Of a stretch of 64,000 bases of DNA, positions 14,058 to 27,373 are shown piece by piece. Positions within the stretch are counted from its first letter, which is position 1; every line of letters begins with the position of its first letter. The notes under the pieces were generated by a model that was not told the origin of the DNA, did no database searches, and worked only from the letters and a program-made list of their open reading frames with translations. Location: positions 62,001-126,000 of the forward strand of contig JYFJ02000410.1 in assembly GCA_000934665.2 (NCBI GenBank), in the 5' to 3' direction. Position numbers and translations under genes: made by a program. The DNA is from Catajapyx aquilonaris. Taxonomy: Eukaryota.

Positions 14058-16624
14058 GGTATTAATTTATTGGCCTATTAGCCAATAATGCCATATAATG
14101 CTATATAGTATTTGTTAAGAGCTCACTCCTATTATTTGCTAATAATATTATAACAAATTAACAATATAGTAACACAGTACTTTCACGATAATTATTACAA
14201 ATAACCTATAATAACGTAAGCTAAGTCTGTAGTGTAATCAATAACAAACTATTGTAATTAGTATAATATTAGCAGGTTATGCAATATTAGTGTTGGTATT
14301 TCTGTCGCCCTTGAAACTGATTAAAAGCAAATTAACTCCACTTAAACTAATGTGAATCGCTCGTAAATTACCAGAGAGTGAACCACGCCCCTTGTAACGC
14401 CCAATTTTGTATTATTAAAACGCAAACGCACACATTGAAATTGAACTCTTGCATAGTACGATAGCGACATGATTAAAAACTAATTGTGGCCTCGCAGACT
14501 TTGTACTGGTAGTGAGCCATTGTAATGTTGTATTTAGAATGGCGGGGCGGGGGGGGGGGGGCATGAAATGGAGAGAGCCCAAAATTGTGGCATTTTGATA
14601 GCAATGCAGGTTGAAGTCTATTATAAGCACGTAAAAATTCACTCTCCAATGCTGTGTGGGTGTGAGTGTCTGTGTCTGTGTGCTTTTAACGAGAAAAATA
14701 GGTCATGCTGAGCGTATAGTAGAATAAATGTGTGCATTATTCCAGCCAGCCCCCCACCGCCTTTTGTAATAAAACGGCAACCGCGCAACTGTTTTTAGAT
14801 CGAGGTTACGTCATACCCCGGCTACAACGCTACTACGGCCGGCCGCCCCTCAAAAACCTCACTTATTTATTTAAAACTCGGTGCTAAACATAACCCTACA
14901 CTTACAAAATATTATACCCCACCATTTTATTGCAATATTCATCCAAAAGGTCTCTGCCCACTAGGTTGTGCACTACAGCTCTTCTAGACAAAATATTTAA
15001 ACGAAAGTGTGGGCGGAAGTTGGCTAAAATCGCACTAGTTGTAAGAATAAAATTAATGCAATTCTTTAAAATAGATTTATTAATTTCTTCTTAACTGTAA
15101 TTTTTACTTTTATTAATTTAATTCATTTATTTCATATTAATTTTAATTTTTCAGCTCTTATGAACCTCAACTTTGTAAATTGTTGTTAATTTTTATTTAC
15201 GTGTACTAATTCCTATTTTATTATTAATCTTAATTTTTATTATTGCCTTATTAATATTAGCATTTTCGATAATTTTATTCTTATTACATTTATTTCATTC
15301 AGTATTTTTGTCAAATAATGCGAGCCATAATGCGAATATCTCTCCATACCGCATACACTAACTTGGTTATATCTTGACTGGCGATTTACCCCAGCCCCAG
15401 TGCACGTGTCGGGTTTTGCATGGGTATTACGGAGTAATGTTGCACTGGTTGGAGTGCGAGCAAGTAGAATAATATCTTGCACGGCAGCAATATTCCGAGT
15501 CAATATTCCAGACCAGAACAGAGGCCCTGTGAGTACGACTGAGGGAAAGCTTATCGTCAACTTTAATTGGATGTGGCGGAAGTTGGCTCAATTCTGCACG
15601 GTAATTAGGGCCCCGGTTTTCAACTTCTGTCAACAACGTTAGCGTACTTGTGTCAGAGGCAACTTTCACATGGTGGGTGGAAGGGGGTAGCTCCGAATAC
15701 TTTGCGCATTTTTATGCCACTGTGTTGCCCCATTTTCGGGCTATCTGCTGGGGCCTGACACCCCCCTGAACTTTCCCAAGTCCACAGTCCATGAGAGGCT
15801 GTTTACCACAGAAACAACTTTAAAGAGACGCCAAGGTTACTATTTATTTCATTATAACTGTTTCATTAACCGTCACTTCAGCACTGAAAAGTAGGAAAAT
15901 GCACCTTGCTCGAGTGCTGAAGTATAGCGTGTGCCCGAAACATTTTTTGGCAATTATGCTCTAATCTGTCATCAAGCCTTGCCTATACATACCATATACC
16001 TAGCACACATGTCTCACGCATTAATCAAGTGCGGAATCGGACACGGACTAATGACCTCATCCAGAAAAACGATTGGCTAAATTAACTTCACTTAGCGCCT
16101 TAACTGCCTGCAATTAGTCCCAGTTTACCCATGCAAGCCACGCCCAGGCCTCCCCTGCACTTGTCCCCAGCAAAAAGGAAAAGCAAGAAAAAGCAAGGAA
16201 ACTGGCGTGGCACCCAAAAGCCTCGATTAGTGATGTCGGCCCTTCCCCTTTTCCGCAAAGTTTTTGGGGACCTTCCAAGTACCTTGTACTGAACTGCCAG
16301 GAATGTGGTCGCGGTCAGGACAAGGAAGAAAGGGGGGAAGGAGAGAGGGAGGAGAAGGGGCACTCAAGATTTACAGAGGACCTGAAATGTTAAACAGCTC
16401 TGGAGTCTAGGACACGAGGGAGAATAAATAGTGCAGAGGGAGAGATGCACTGGATAAGTCAGCTTCGTCTGGCAACTTGTGTACTGCCCTGTAATTGCCC
16501 CGTAATTGGTAGTGACTCGCATGCGAAATATATAAATCAGTGGTCTAACAAGAAATACATACATACGAAACACGAAACCAAACGGGGACAAACGAACGAA
16601 CGAGCGAACAATATATGCAGCACA

Positions 16625-16745
16625 CTAGCAGGAGAACCAGTTCTTCGCCTGCCTGTTTCCATGGCAATATAATCAACAACAATCAATCATTTTTGTGATG
16701 CCATGGCAATCCCGTTGCCATGGACAAACAAACTTTCTATTATAT
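16625..16745 (-). mobile_element. Non-autonomous mini-Helitron-like element (family B)
   Basis: The minus strand begins ...TATAATAGAAAGTTTGTTTGTCCATGGCAAC, contains hairpin CCATGGCAA-N5-TTGCCATGG (16701-16723), and ends GCGAAGAACTGGTTCTCCTGCTAG|T (CTRR 3' end). A homologous segment lies at ~41385-41520. Confidence 0.6.
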
Positions 16746-19700
16746 GCACAGTAAGCTATGTATAACATACATAATAATGCAACATAGATTTAGATTATGT
16801 CGTGACAGCTGGTGAAATTGCAAAATTTAATTCAATTAAGCTGTTTCATATTGTATTTTTTTAAATAGCATGACGAAATACCTCAAAGCAACTTCTGTAG
16901 TGTGTGTCCATAATAATTTAAAAATCTGCAAAAAATTACTTTCTGGAATTATACGTGATGGGGCAACAGTGTCTATAGAAATGTTGCAGAGAAAATATTT
17001 GACCCAGCCATCTGTCGCCAGGTTTCTCATCAGTACAAAAAAAATTCGTAAACAAAAATATGGAGACCAGGCCTGTACACACACATCCAGTTTTACTCCC
17101 CCACGTTGCATCCCCGGGAGCGCAATATGTTATAATATCCTTGTCACACTTGAGCTCAGCCAGCATTTCAAGCCTGGACTTTATGGAAGAGAAGCTGGGG
17201 TTTTACTGTCACAATCTACAGGCCTCCGAAGGCCCCATGAGCTTGGAGATACCGGGAAGGGAAAATACTTGGGGACGTCAACTCTCTCAGGACCCAAGGA
17301 CTTGCATGTGTGTGTTCCGTATGAGTTATACTACATGTGGAACAAAGTTGATGACTTGCTGTAGGCCCCCAGGAAATTACTCTTCGGGATAAAAAGGACG
17401 GCAGCTGCGACTTAGATATACGCGCTCAGATCGGTGCATGTGTGTGACGTATTCAATCTTGTCTAGGAAGAAGGAGGAAGAAAGGAAAAAAAAAAAATCT
17501 CAATATGTTTCCGGCTTTAGTACTGTGCCTCGGAAGTTCAATATATTGTACAGCGATGGAGAGTTTTAAAGCTCGAGACTGATCACTGCTATTTTTGGCC
17601 CAGCAGTGACTATTTATGCGAGTATTTATCCGTAGCAGTGACAGCTAAAGGCGGTAATAGCAGTTTAACAGTGACTGTAGCAGTTATCATTGTCAGATAA
17701 AAATCAAACAGGTTAAAAGCATATTTTCATTAAAATCAGTAGCTTAATTTAATTTAATTAATAAATAGTCAAACATATCAATCGACAACAAAAAATTTGC
17801 ATGGCAAAAATATTACCTAATGTGCAAAATTTCGTTTTGGGCAAATATGTCAATCACAATTCAAAATTGCTATAGCATCAAAATGTTATTGACAGGTTTA
17901 AAGTTTAGTTGTAAATAATGAAATTTACCAAAGCAAAAATATTATTAGTTAAATTTTTTGGCAAATGAGTGTTTCTTGCTCTTTTTATGGTGCATATTCA
18001 AATAGACATTACTTTTATTTATAATTGTTAAAATTTTAAATATCCAGGCTACAAAATGAGGCGTGAAAATCGCTCCTACTGTACTGTACGTTATTTTTGG
18101 GGACACCACTAAAACCAAGGGTAATTATATTTGCAAGCAACCGTCTGAGGTAAATAAGGTAATAAATTTAGTCTCATCAGATTAATCGCTAACAATGCTG
18201 TAATGACAGGCTTTTGCCGCTACTCCTGTCTCGAGAAGATTTACTTGATATTGGCTTCATTAATGTTTCATGACCTAATCATCGGAAAACTTTTGCAAAT
18301 TCGCGGCAAAGAGCTGTGGCTTTGCACTTTCTGGGGCCAGTAATTAATTGGAAATTTCTTGCTTCAAAGTATTTCAGTCGTCGTCAGATGGCGGTTACCC
18401 GTAACAGAGACGAAGCGAGAATTTATCTGTCGAAACCATTTTGAACTAGATAATCCGGAGATTAATTTGCTATGCGGAACAATATACTGTATTAATTGAA
18501 TGCAACCAAAACATTAGCATCTTCAAACCAGCGCAATGCAATAGTTCAATATTTTAATAAAGATATTATGACGATTTAGGCATCCGTGTTACATGTGCGG
18601 TGTTTACTAATTATTTCCAATGTTTGTCGATGTTTTTACTGTTACAGTGTTGCAATATTTTGAAAGGGGGGGGTGGGGGGAAACCCAACCTTCTGCACTT
18701 TCTTCATACTCGTCCCATTATCCATGTCCTGACGAGGCTTGCAAAACGCAAGGCCTCTTTCTTGGGGTGAGGCCCCTGATGAAGTCCCAGTCGTCATATT
18801 CGCACTGCCAGAGCTCGGGAATGGAATGAAAGAAGTGCAAGGCCCCCACCAAAAAAAACCGAGTGAAGTTTCTGGAGCCATATTTGACTGAGAGCTGAAA
18901 ATGAGAGAGAGGAAAGAAAGAGTAAAGAATAAGAAAAAAAAGATGGTTCAACAAAGGCCCAGTTTCTCCTACATTTTACTCTGCCGTTAATAAAGGGTTA
19001 AGCTAGGTTGGGCTTATTTTGTTGGTTACTTAATCAGTCGATTGAAAGAACTTTAAGTCGCAGTTTTCTGCAGAGTAACTTCATAAAAATAGAATCCCTC
19101 GTCAGATATAGCCACTTTTGGTGTATATTACCCACAATTTAGAAGGTAACCTCTCCACCTCAAAAACATGGTTAGATATTCGTTTTTGGCTCGGAAAATA
19201 GGCAACTAGATTTATTCCATTTGCAGGGGAGGTGCTTTTCTTTTTCCTCCCCTTTTGGGATGTCGCCTGGAAGCAGAATTATGGTCGACCGCCGGGTTAG
19301 CCCTGTGGCAGCCTCTCATTTGCGACTGTTTGCTCTCCATCTCTCTCAGGCGACACTGGATTCACATTCGAAATGAACAGCAATGGTTGGGAGGGAAAAG
19401 CAATTTCCTGGCCTCCCCGAAGGAAAAGGCAAGGGGAAAAAGTGGAGAAAGTTGAAACTCTCTCTATTTGAACTAGACTCCAGATCTAATGTTGTCAAAA
19501 CAGTCACGTATTATCTAATATAACAGTTCAAATCGCTTTGTTGCCACGTATTAGGCAGAAAATTTTCCATCAGAAAAATATTCCAGCCCTTTTTACTATT
19601 CTACTGAATTTTCGGCGGAAAAGTAGCTCCGGCCACAGTGTGACAGGCGCAAAGCTGGTCACGTTTCCGCCAACTAATCGCGCGGATGTGCATGGAGGAA

Positions 19701-22204
19701 AATTGCCTGATTGCAACTAATCAAGCACGAACTTAAAAGGGTGAAGCCATCATTATAGGAAAGAGCATTTCCAGAGAGAGAACTCTTCTTTTTTGGGGGG
19801 GTTACTTCCCCGCAAAAAAATCGTACCGTTTTATAAGGCGAGAGATGTAGCAAGCTGTAATTAACGAACACCCAACTTTAGACTCTGGAGCTGAATGTTT
19901 CAGACATAATTTAAGACCAAGTTCTTCATTTTTTTCTCTCCTGTGTTGTCTTGAGACTGTGGAAAGTGGTCCCAGAGGAAAGAAGACACGGAGTGCTTTT
20001 GACCATCTTAATGCACGGAGGGCGTTTAGGGACCAACGAAGATTATTTGTGGGCCTAGAGTTCCATCAAAGGTCCCAGCAGAAGCCGCTTTGACGATAGC
20101 TCCAGAGACCAGGATGCCATTAGGAAAGTACTCAAGATGGATTATGTGATAAACGTTTCTTTTTTGCAACAGAAAAAAAACTGGACAATTTTTTTTTCTA
20201 CCCCTCTGCAATGGTCAATATTCGACCACGCATGTGTACACATAATAAATGTTGATATTTGGATGTGTAATTAGGTAATTAATGATGATGAAGCTTTAGA
20301 AGGTGGTGCGTAATAGAAGGCAAGACTTTAGGAGGTAATCCATGGTCGTGCTAAGGAATATAATTTGGGGCGTCAGAAAGGAAAGGAGGATATAAAAAGG
20401 AAAAGTGTGCCACTTCCGAGGGCTTTATGTGACGGTGTTAAGATAAGTGGGTGCTCAAACAGTCAATGTTTGAATTTTGACTGGAGAACGTGGAGAGGTG
20501 GGAAATAATTAAGCATTTTTTTCCATTTATTCAAGCGGATAAGTTACTGTTCAACATAAATTTATTTTTAGCAGAAAAATAATAAAATGATATTTTGATT
20601 GGTATATAAGTGCAGGATATTTCTATAATTTGTCCTAAATTTTGCAAAAAATATGTTCTCAAATATTGTTGCTCGGCTGGCGAAAAGCTTTCTGCAAAAT
20701 ACCTGAAGAAGATGAAAAAATATGGTCCTCTTCACTACTGTACTTGTATTAAAACTTTTACAACCACTTAGCAGCTTGGTGTTTCGCTCAAACGGGACCC
20801 GAGCTCATAAATTATTACCCACCAGAAGTGTAAGTAGTTAGAGCCGCCTTTTTTTAAAAAAAACACCTCGCAAGTTCTGAGGACTGCAGAGGAAAATTTT
20901 TGCTCACTATTCAGCCGGTGGTAATTTGTAACCGGTTCTTGAACATGACTCATCTGTTCTCTCCTGAGGGGCTAGTGGTGTGCCAAAAAATTGCGTGCAA
21001 ACTATTTGGTGTGTGCTACTGAGAAATAGCAAATAGCAGTTTAAAATTAATCCGCTCTTTATAATCACTGCTACTTTTTTAAAGAGATCCAGTGATAGCT
21101 GCGGGCCGGAAATCGCCGATTTTCTGGATTTTTTTTTGTTTCTAGTGAAAAAGCTGTCATTGCTTAAATAGCTGGTCTATTTTTGGCAGCCAATTTCCGA
21201 AGGATTGAAGGAATGAGGGGGCGAGGTATAGGGGGAGACACCATCACTCCTTTGCACCAGGGAACCATGCAAAATGTGGAAGTGATCGTTAATTACTCAG
21301 TCAGTCCTAGGCTCTTCTTCAAGGGACTAGAAAAGGGGGGGGGGGTGAATTTAATAAGATTTCGAAGCCATTCCGCTCTCATTACATCAAGAAACATACA
21401 AATCAAAGGAGCTTCTTACTCAAAGAGCGGTTTGGGAAGAGGGGAAAGTTCCAAGTCGCCAAACTTATTTTGCAAGCAATTGCGGAGTCTTAAAGGAGAC
21501 AAAAAGATAAAAAAAAGAGAGGAAGACACAAAAGAATTCTTGAACGTGCCACTCTTTTGAGGCGTTTTTCTTGACGCGAACTTTGACACGTTCTTCTTGG
21601 ATTAAAAAACCACTGATTATTCCCATTGACTTTGTGCATTTGAAATAAGTGCATGGATTGATGACAGGAACTCATTTAGGCACTTTATTGCATCTAATTA
21701 GAGGATTAATCAGTTTTGAAAGAGCTATATAGAGTGGTGCGAAAAAGTAACGGCAGAACTTGAACAATTCGCGCAATAGCTCCAACACTTAGCAGATACT
21801 TAGCGATGTATTTCCTACACAACAATTTAACCCGACAGCAATTTTGCAAAATTAATTTTTGGCTAAAATTGGATCGTGGGCGGAAGAGAGGGGTGGGGGT
21901 AGGGGGGGGGGGTGAGGGTTTCACAAACCTGATTCTGCGGCTATACGTTACTGACCCGTTTTGGACCCGACCAAACGATTCATTAATCATATTATATTGG
22001 CTCACCGGTGTGGACTACACTGCATGCATCGTAAACCTCATTAATCCCACAACCCATAAATATTTTAACCGGGAGCCTGGCCCAACTCGTGTGGAAACCC
22101 CCGATTAATACATAGGCCCGCCCCCAAAATTTATATTTAAAAACATATATATAAATAATACCGTCGCATAGGGTACTTTCTCACAAATTTTGAAATTTGA
22201 GGCG

Positions 22205-22700
22205 ACTTTGTCACTGCTGCAGAATAATAATATTGCACTAATATTTCGCCACTTGTCTCAAGTAACAACGTTGGTTTCAGCCTGCGTGTTTGCACCCTTA
22301 CAATAGCAAATAGCCTAATAACGGCTGATAAAAAATAGGTGCAATCACTGCTGTACAATAACAGGGGTGACAGTAGCAGTTACTTTATGCTATTATCTGA
22401 ATCACGGCTCAACCCAACTTTTATCGATCACTGCTATTTATAAGTAGCGGTGATTTGTAGCGGTTATTTTCAAATAACATAAACTAACTGATACTGGTAG
22501 CCGCTACTGCTGTCATTATCCGAAAATAACTGCGATAGACACTATCTTTAAAGAGCAGTGATGGCTGTTATATTTTTTACAAATAGCAGTGATCAATAGC
22601 AGTTATTTTTGGCCAATAACAGAAAATGACTGCTGCTGGACACGCAGCTACTTTTGAATACCAGTGATCTCAGTCATTCTTTGATCAGCCGTTTTTTTTC
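22205..22700. repeat. Densest patch of a dispersed degenerate repeat built on (T)AGCAGTGA/TCACTGCT(A) motifs
   Basis: Many motif copies occur in both orientations here. Similar patches lie at ~17580-17700, 21025-21190, 23535-24070, 24985-25065, 41630-41705, 43030-43135 and 48075-48205. Confidence 0.6.
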
Positions 22701-23744
22701 CGGCCCCTCCTTCTAATCAGGCTAAATTAAATCCCCCTAGTCTCGCCTTGGTTGTGTCAAGTTTGGAGAGATAATACGTGGAATGGCACAATAGCTGGCG
22801 GTACAAATGCATGTGACAGACAGGCACAGAGTGTAACTTTGCCACAGGAATATTCATTCCTGTCCCCTTCCCCATCCACCCCCTACCCACCCCTCCGTTT
22901 CTCTCTACCTAACTTTTTCTGTTTTTAGGGGTGGCATGGAATGGAAGTGGGGTGAGAGGCGGGTGGGGTGGGGGTTAGGACAGAGCAGAAAAGTTAACAT
23001 GCGCTGCTACATTTGCATCTCCCGGAGTGCCTTGCCACACTGCCTCATCTCTGGGAAGCTCCCAGGAGGCCCAAAAAGCCAGCTGAATAATGCACGCCCC
23101 CTTACCCCCCTCCCCCTCCAACATATATATACTATGGGACCAAATGAGAGTTGTGCAACGGGTCTCTTTGATTGAATTTGCTGATGACATTTGGAGGGAG
23201 AGGAGGGGGGTCCAAAAAGGCAAAGTCCAAAACGGATATGGGCCAACTTTCTCTGGAGGTTGGATCTCTCTGGAAAACACCCTGGAGAACTTATGCCCTT
23301 TTTTGCTAAGACCCCAAAGGATTACGGGGGTGGGGGGGTCAAGTACATGCTAATTTCCATGTTTTATTTGTAATCCCCATGTGTTTTTTTCGTCCCGAAG
23401 CAATGCAAAATTTATGATAGGATAGGGAATTTTTTCTATCCCAAATGGTTGCACATTAAGAGTTCATTATGTCTATGTAGATTTGTTTAATTAAGTGCGC
23501 TGGGTGTAGCGACATTTAACAGGACTGATTATTTATGAAAAGCAGTGGCATTCAAAAATCATTAGTAGGCCTACCAACGGTACTCAAAATTAAGGTGTTT
23601 TTATTCGCTAAAACGTATTGAACAAGCTATCAAGAAGAGGCAGCATTTAAAAATTTAGTATGTTTAATGAAGATTAGCAAGCACTTTAATCTATAAGAGT
23701 TCAATGACGTTAGCTGGTTATGAAGCAGTCATTTTCGGCTAATT

Positions 23745-23974
23745 TTTTTTTTCCCCTGTACCCCGTTATCTGGCCGATAGGCCATTTCTAGGGGGGTGGG
23801 TTACCACCATTTGTGGTTTGGAGCGATACATATACGTATATCTTAATTGCTCCAAGGGTAATTAGGAGGGAATGTGCGAAGTGCAAGTGCGCTGTCGTTA
23901 ATTGGTCATTTTGTGAACTCCCCCGGGTGGCTTAGTCTATCGGAAATTGCCACCCGAAACGAAGCCAGAGATGG
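23745..23974 (-). mobile_element. 5'-truncated SINE copy with poly(A) tail and 14-bp TSD
   Basis: The reverse complement matches the body of the SINE at 45350-45543 (CCATCTCTGGCTTCGTTTCGGGTGGCAATTTCCG...GACTAAGCCACCCGGGG...AGTTCACAAAATGAC). A poly(T) run lies at the left end. Perfect direct repeat ATTTTCGGCTAATT at 23731-23744 and 23975-23988. Confidence 0.9.
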
Positions 23975-24730
23975 ATTTTCGGCTAATTACAGTATGTCAA
24001 CTAATAGCCGCTACTGGTAACTGATACATGTGAAAAGCAGTTATTGAAGTTATTAAAATGTGCTATTATATCCCATTTGTAATTAACTTATAATTGAACC
24101 CACTTACATGCTTCATAGTTGTAAAGAAACTTATGGGTCCTTGCGCCTCCATAACAGACCTTTGCATAAAATGTTCATGCAGAAACTTATTATGAGACAT
24201 TTCAAGCCTGGCAATAACAGGAATTTCTCTTTGCCTACCCGTAATAAACCGCATCCTTATTCTCTCAAAAAATAGACACCGCGAAGATCATCCCCATTGC
24301 TTAACGATGAACAGTAAAAATGTTTCGGGTCGTCACTCAGAATAACCGTGAAAAAATAACAACATTTTTTTTTTGTCGCATTAAAACGGCAGTAGGTTGA
24401 ATGTAATCCTGGGGCATCCTCCAACCAAGAGCTTTGAAAAAAAGGTATGGGGCTGGGCTGAGAAAATAATGAAATCCATGTCGAGGAGGCAACATGGCCG
24501 ACATTTCCTCCCGTAATTTCAATTTTGTGGAGCTATAAAAATCCGAGCTGAGAAGGACACGGGTCGTCATAAATATGTAATAGCTACCCATTCATTTTTC
24601 ATCGCGTCCCATTTTTTCCACCCCTCCTCCTCTCTTTCTCCATGCTGCTGTCCCCCCTACTATCTCTTTTGAACGTTATCCATGGCTCTTCTACAATCCA
24701 GACTCCGGGGCTGCCATGCCCGGATTTATA

Positions 24731-25201
24731 CAGGGTGTTTGGTTAAAAATATGCCATCGGATAGAGGATGAAATTCTGAATCGAAAAGCCCTCTGCCAAT
24801 TTGAGGTGAAACGTACTGCTGAGGCGATACAACTCTGCAAATATTGGGTAAATCAACCGCTATTTTGTAAACAGTATACTCGTAATATTCTCAGTGTGAA
24901 ATTACATTATTGTCTCACTTCATATGTGTTTAAAATGTGAAAAACATTCAGTGTTACCGGTACTCGTTTAGTATTAAATGAGCGATAAATGACAGTGATT
25001 TGAGTCAATAATCGCGTCACTGCGACATATGAATAAATCGCTGCTTACCAAAATCGCTGTTTAGAACTTTTTGCATAAACTTTGGAAGGTTGTATCTCAT
25101 AACCTGTTACTTTTACAACAAAATGGCATATGACTTTTCGATTCAGAATGACGTCCTCTACTTGTGCTATCATGATTATCATATGTTTACTGACCACCCT
25201 G
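24731..25201. mobile_element. Older Tc1/mariner-type MITE, 471 bp, diverged ~120-bp TIRs
   Basis: TA|CAGGGTG...TAGAGGATGAAATTCTGAATCGAAAAG... versus ...CTTTTCGATTCAGAATGACGTCCTCTA...CACCCTG|TA. The two TIRs translate to similar pseudo-peptides in the ORF track (EDEILNRK / EDVILNRK). Confidence 0.85.
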
Positions 25202-27325
25202 TATGTACTTGTATAAAACCAGGCCACTCAAGGTTTGGCGTGCAGTGTAAACACTACAGGCCGCATTTTGTTTATCTGAGGTTTGGAGGGATGCGCAAAT
25301 AGGAATTGCTTGTGTTAGGGGGGGGGGGGNGGGTCGAAACCCAGGCTAATTTGAACGGATGCCTTCCTCCTAGTTAATGGTTAAAACAATAGGCTGCGGA
25401 TAATCTGATTATCCAGGGGTGATCTGGAATCCGATAGATGAGATAGAAAGCATGTGAATAAAATAAAAGTCGCGAAGGCTTGGGGAGAACAAAAGCCTTT
25501 TAAAAACATACGATTCTTTATCCTTTGTGGGATCAACCTTATAGGATCAGCTTTGTGAATTTTGTTTTATGTAATATTAAGTGCAAACATTTTCCTCTTC
25601 CAAAATGATGTACTTGTGTGAATCTCCAGCCTCCTTCCCATACAACCGTTATCTTAACCGATCTGTGACCCCATCCCTTGATAGCCGCACTATTTGGATT
25701 CGAAAAGTGTTCCGCTTCGTATGCCGGAAAAGCAGTGAGTGCCGAGCGAGCCCTTCTTTCGTCCCTCTTAGTATTCTGACAGGGACGTCCGAGCTCGCGT
25801 CTGATAGAGCAAATTGTCAGAAGAACCAACCATCCTACAAATGGAAGGGGGACGCCAAGGTCTGTCTCTCTCCAAAATGTTCAGCCCTTGCAAAACCATC
25901 CAACATCTCAAGAAGAAGAAGAGAGAAAAAAAAAACTTGTTCAGATATCCGACGAAAACTCAGCAACAATGGTACTTTCTAATCTTTCACCTGTGTCTGA
26001 AAATCCAATTACCTAGAGCACAGAGAGAAAATGGACCGGGTCGAGGCCACTTCCAAACATCTAACTCATTTGCTGCCAATATTCACTCTTTATACGTGAC
26101 AGAAGACCTAATTTGTTACCGATTTTCGATACCAAAGTCTCGCAAGCGTTTTACCTTGTGCGCCACATTTATACACTTCCAGCACACAAGGGACCCTGTA
26201 CTTTATTGTGCATGTGTTGTGTCTATTCCACACTTTTTTTAAGGTACAAAATTCACGAACAGCTCTCAAATATGACAAATTGCGACAATTTTTTAAAATC
26301 AGGAAGGTACCGTTGTAATTTGCCAAGTGTTGCTCCTCACGTGGTTATATAACTTTCCGAGAGTAATTTCGAAAATGTGTACCACTCAAGGTAATCAAAA
26401 TCTTGGTTGGAAAGAGAACTTTTATTCCAAAAAAAATAAAAATGGAGGCTGGCAGGTATATACTCCCAAGAATTTTCTCTCTTTTTTTCCAAGCTATGGA
26501 TGGAACGCAATTTGAGATTGGTCATTCCAGAGCTCCGCTTCCTTTTTAAAGCGAAACTGACATTGGATTGCTCCATTGTTCGCTCGTCAGCTGCATTCAA
26601 CGTGACAGTTACGGTGGGGAGGAGACGGAATGAAACTTGATGTTTTCAGATTGATGCCACATGTTTTTCCATCAAGTCTTGGGAGCGAAAAGGTCCTCCG
26701 GTTAGATAGAAAAAGAACTTGGATGGGAAGAAAATGAAAGAAAATTCCAGGATATATTATGAGGAAAAAGAAGGTGACAAATTCGTGCCGGAATTTGAAT
26801 GGAAAAACTGACAAATGTCTGGGGCGTCCTGAGAGACTAATCCTTAAAATTTGAATCACTATGAAACACCCTGTATGCACAGCACAAACAGTAGAGATCT
26901 GTTTAAAAATTTAAACTGCAGCCATGCAAAGCAGAGTTTCATCCCTGAAATTCTTCTGAATCCAATCCAGGAATTCCATCCGTCGCCGAGTTCTTGTGTT
27001 CCTTGGTTGGAAGCTGTGACTTTATGCAGTCAGCCCGAAGAAAAGCCTTACCTAACTCCATGCACAAGCCCAAGGAGTGTTTCGGGATCAGTTTTAGAGC
27101 AAAGGAACCGGGCATGCATACTACACGAGACGCATACCATTTGTAAAGCCTTGTCTCGACACACACTACTAGATTCAGTCTGTTCAGCTCTGCTACAAAG
27201 GATTTTAGTTCAAAAAACTGTTTGTTCTTTTTAATTTATTGCATTGCATTGTAGCACTTATAGGACTGTAAAAATTAACTTGCACATCCCAACATAATAT
27301 GTGTTCGAAGCCCAGTATCTCAAAG

Positions 27326-27373
27326 ACTAAATGACACCTCTACATAATGTTATCCTTTGCTGCTCAGGTATGT
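27326..27373 (+). other. Weaker candidate recursive splice site, or an ordinary 5' splice site
   Basis: TTATCCTTTGCTGCTCAG|GTATGT with AG|GT at 27366-27369, preceded by a ~40-nt AG-free stretch. The pyrimidine tract and branch point are weaker than at 32272. Confidence 0.3.

Noticed and set aside
16870..17364. Longest ORF (164 aa)
   Set aside because: No recognisable domain, no convincing splice signals, and a length expected by chance. The FKPGLY similarity to Spt4 is too short to mean anything.
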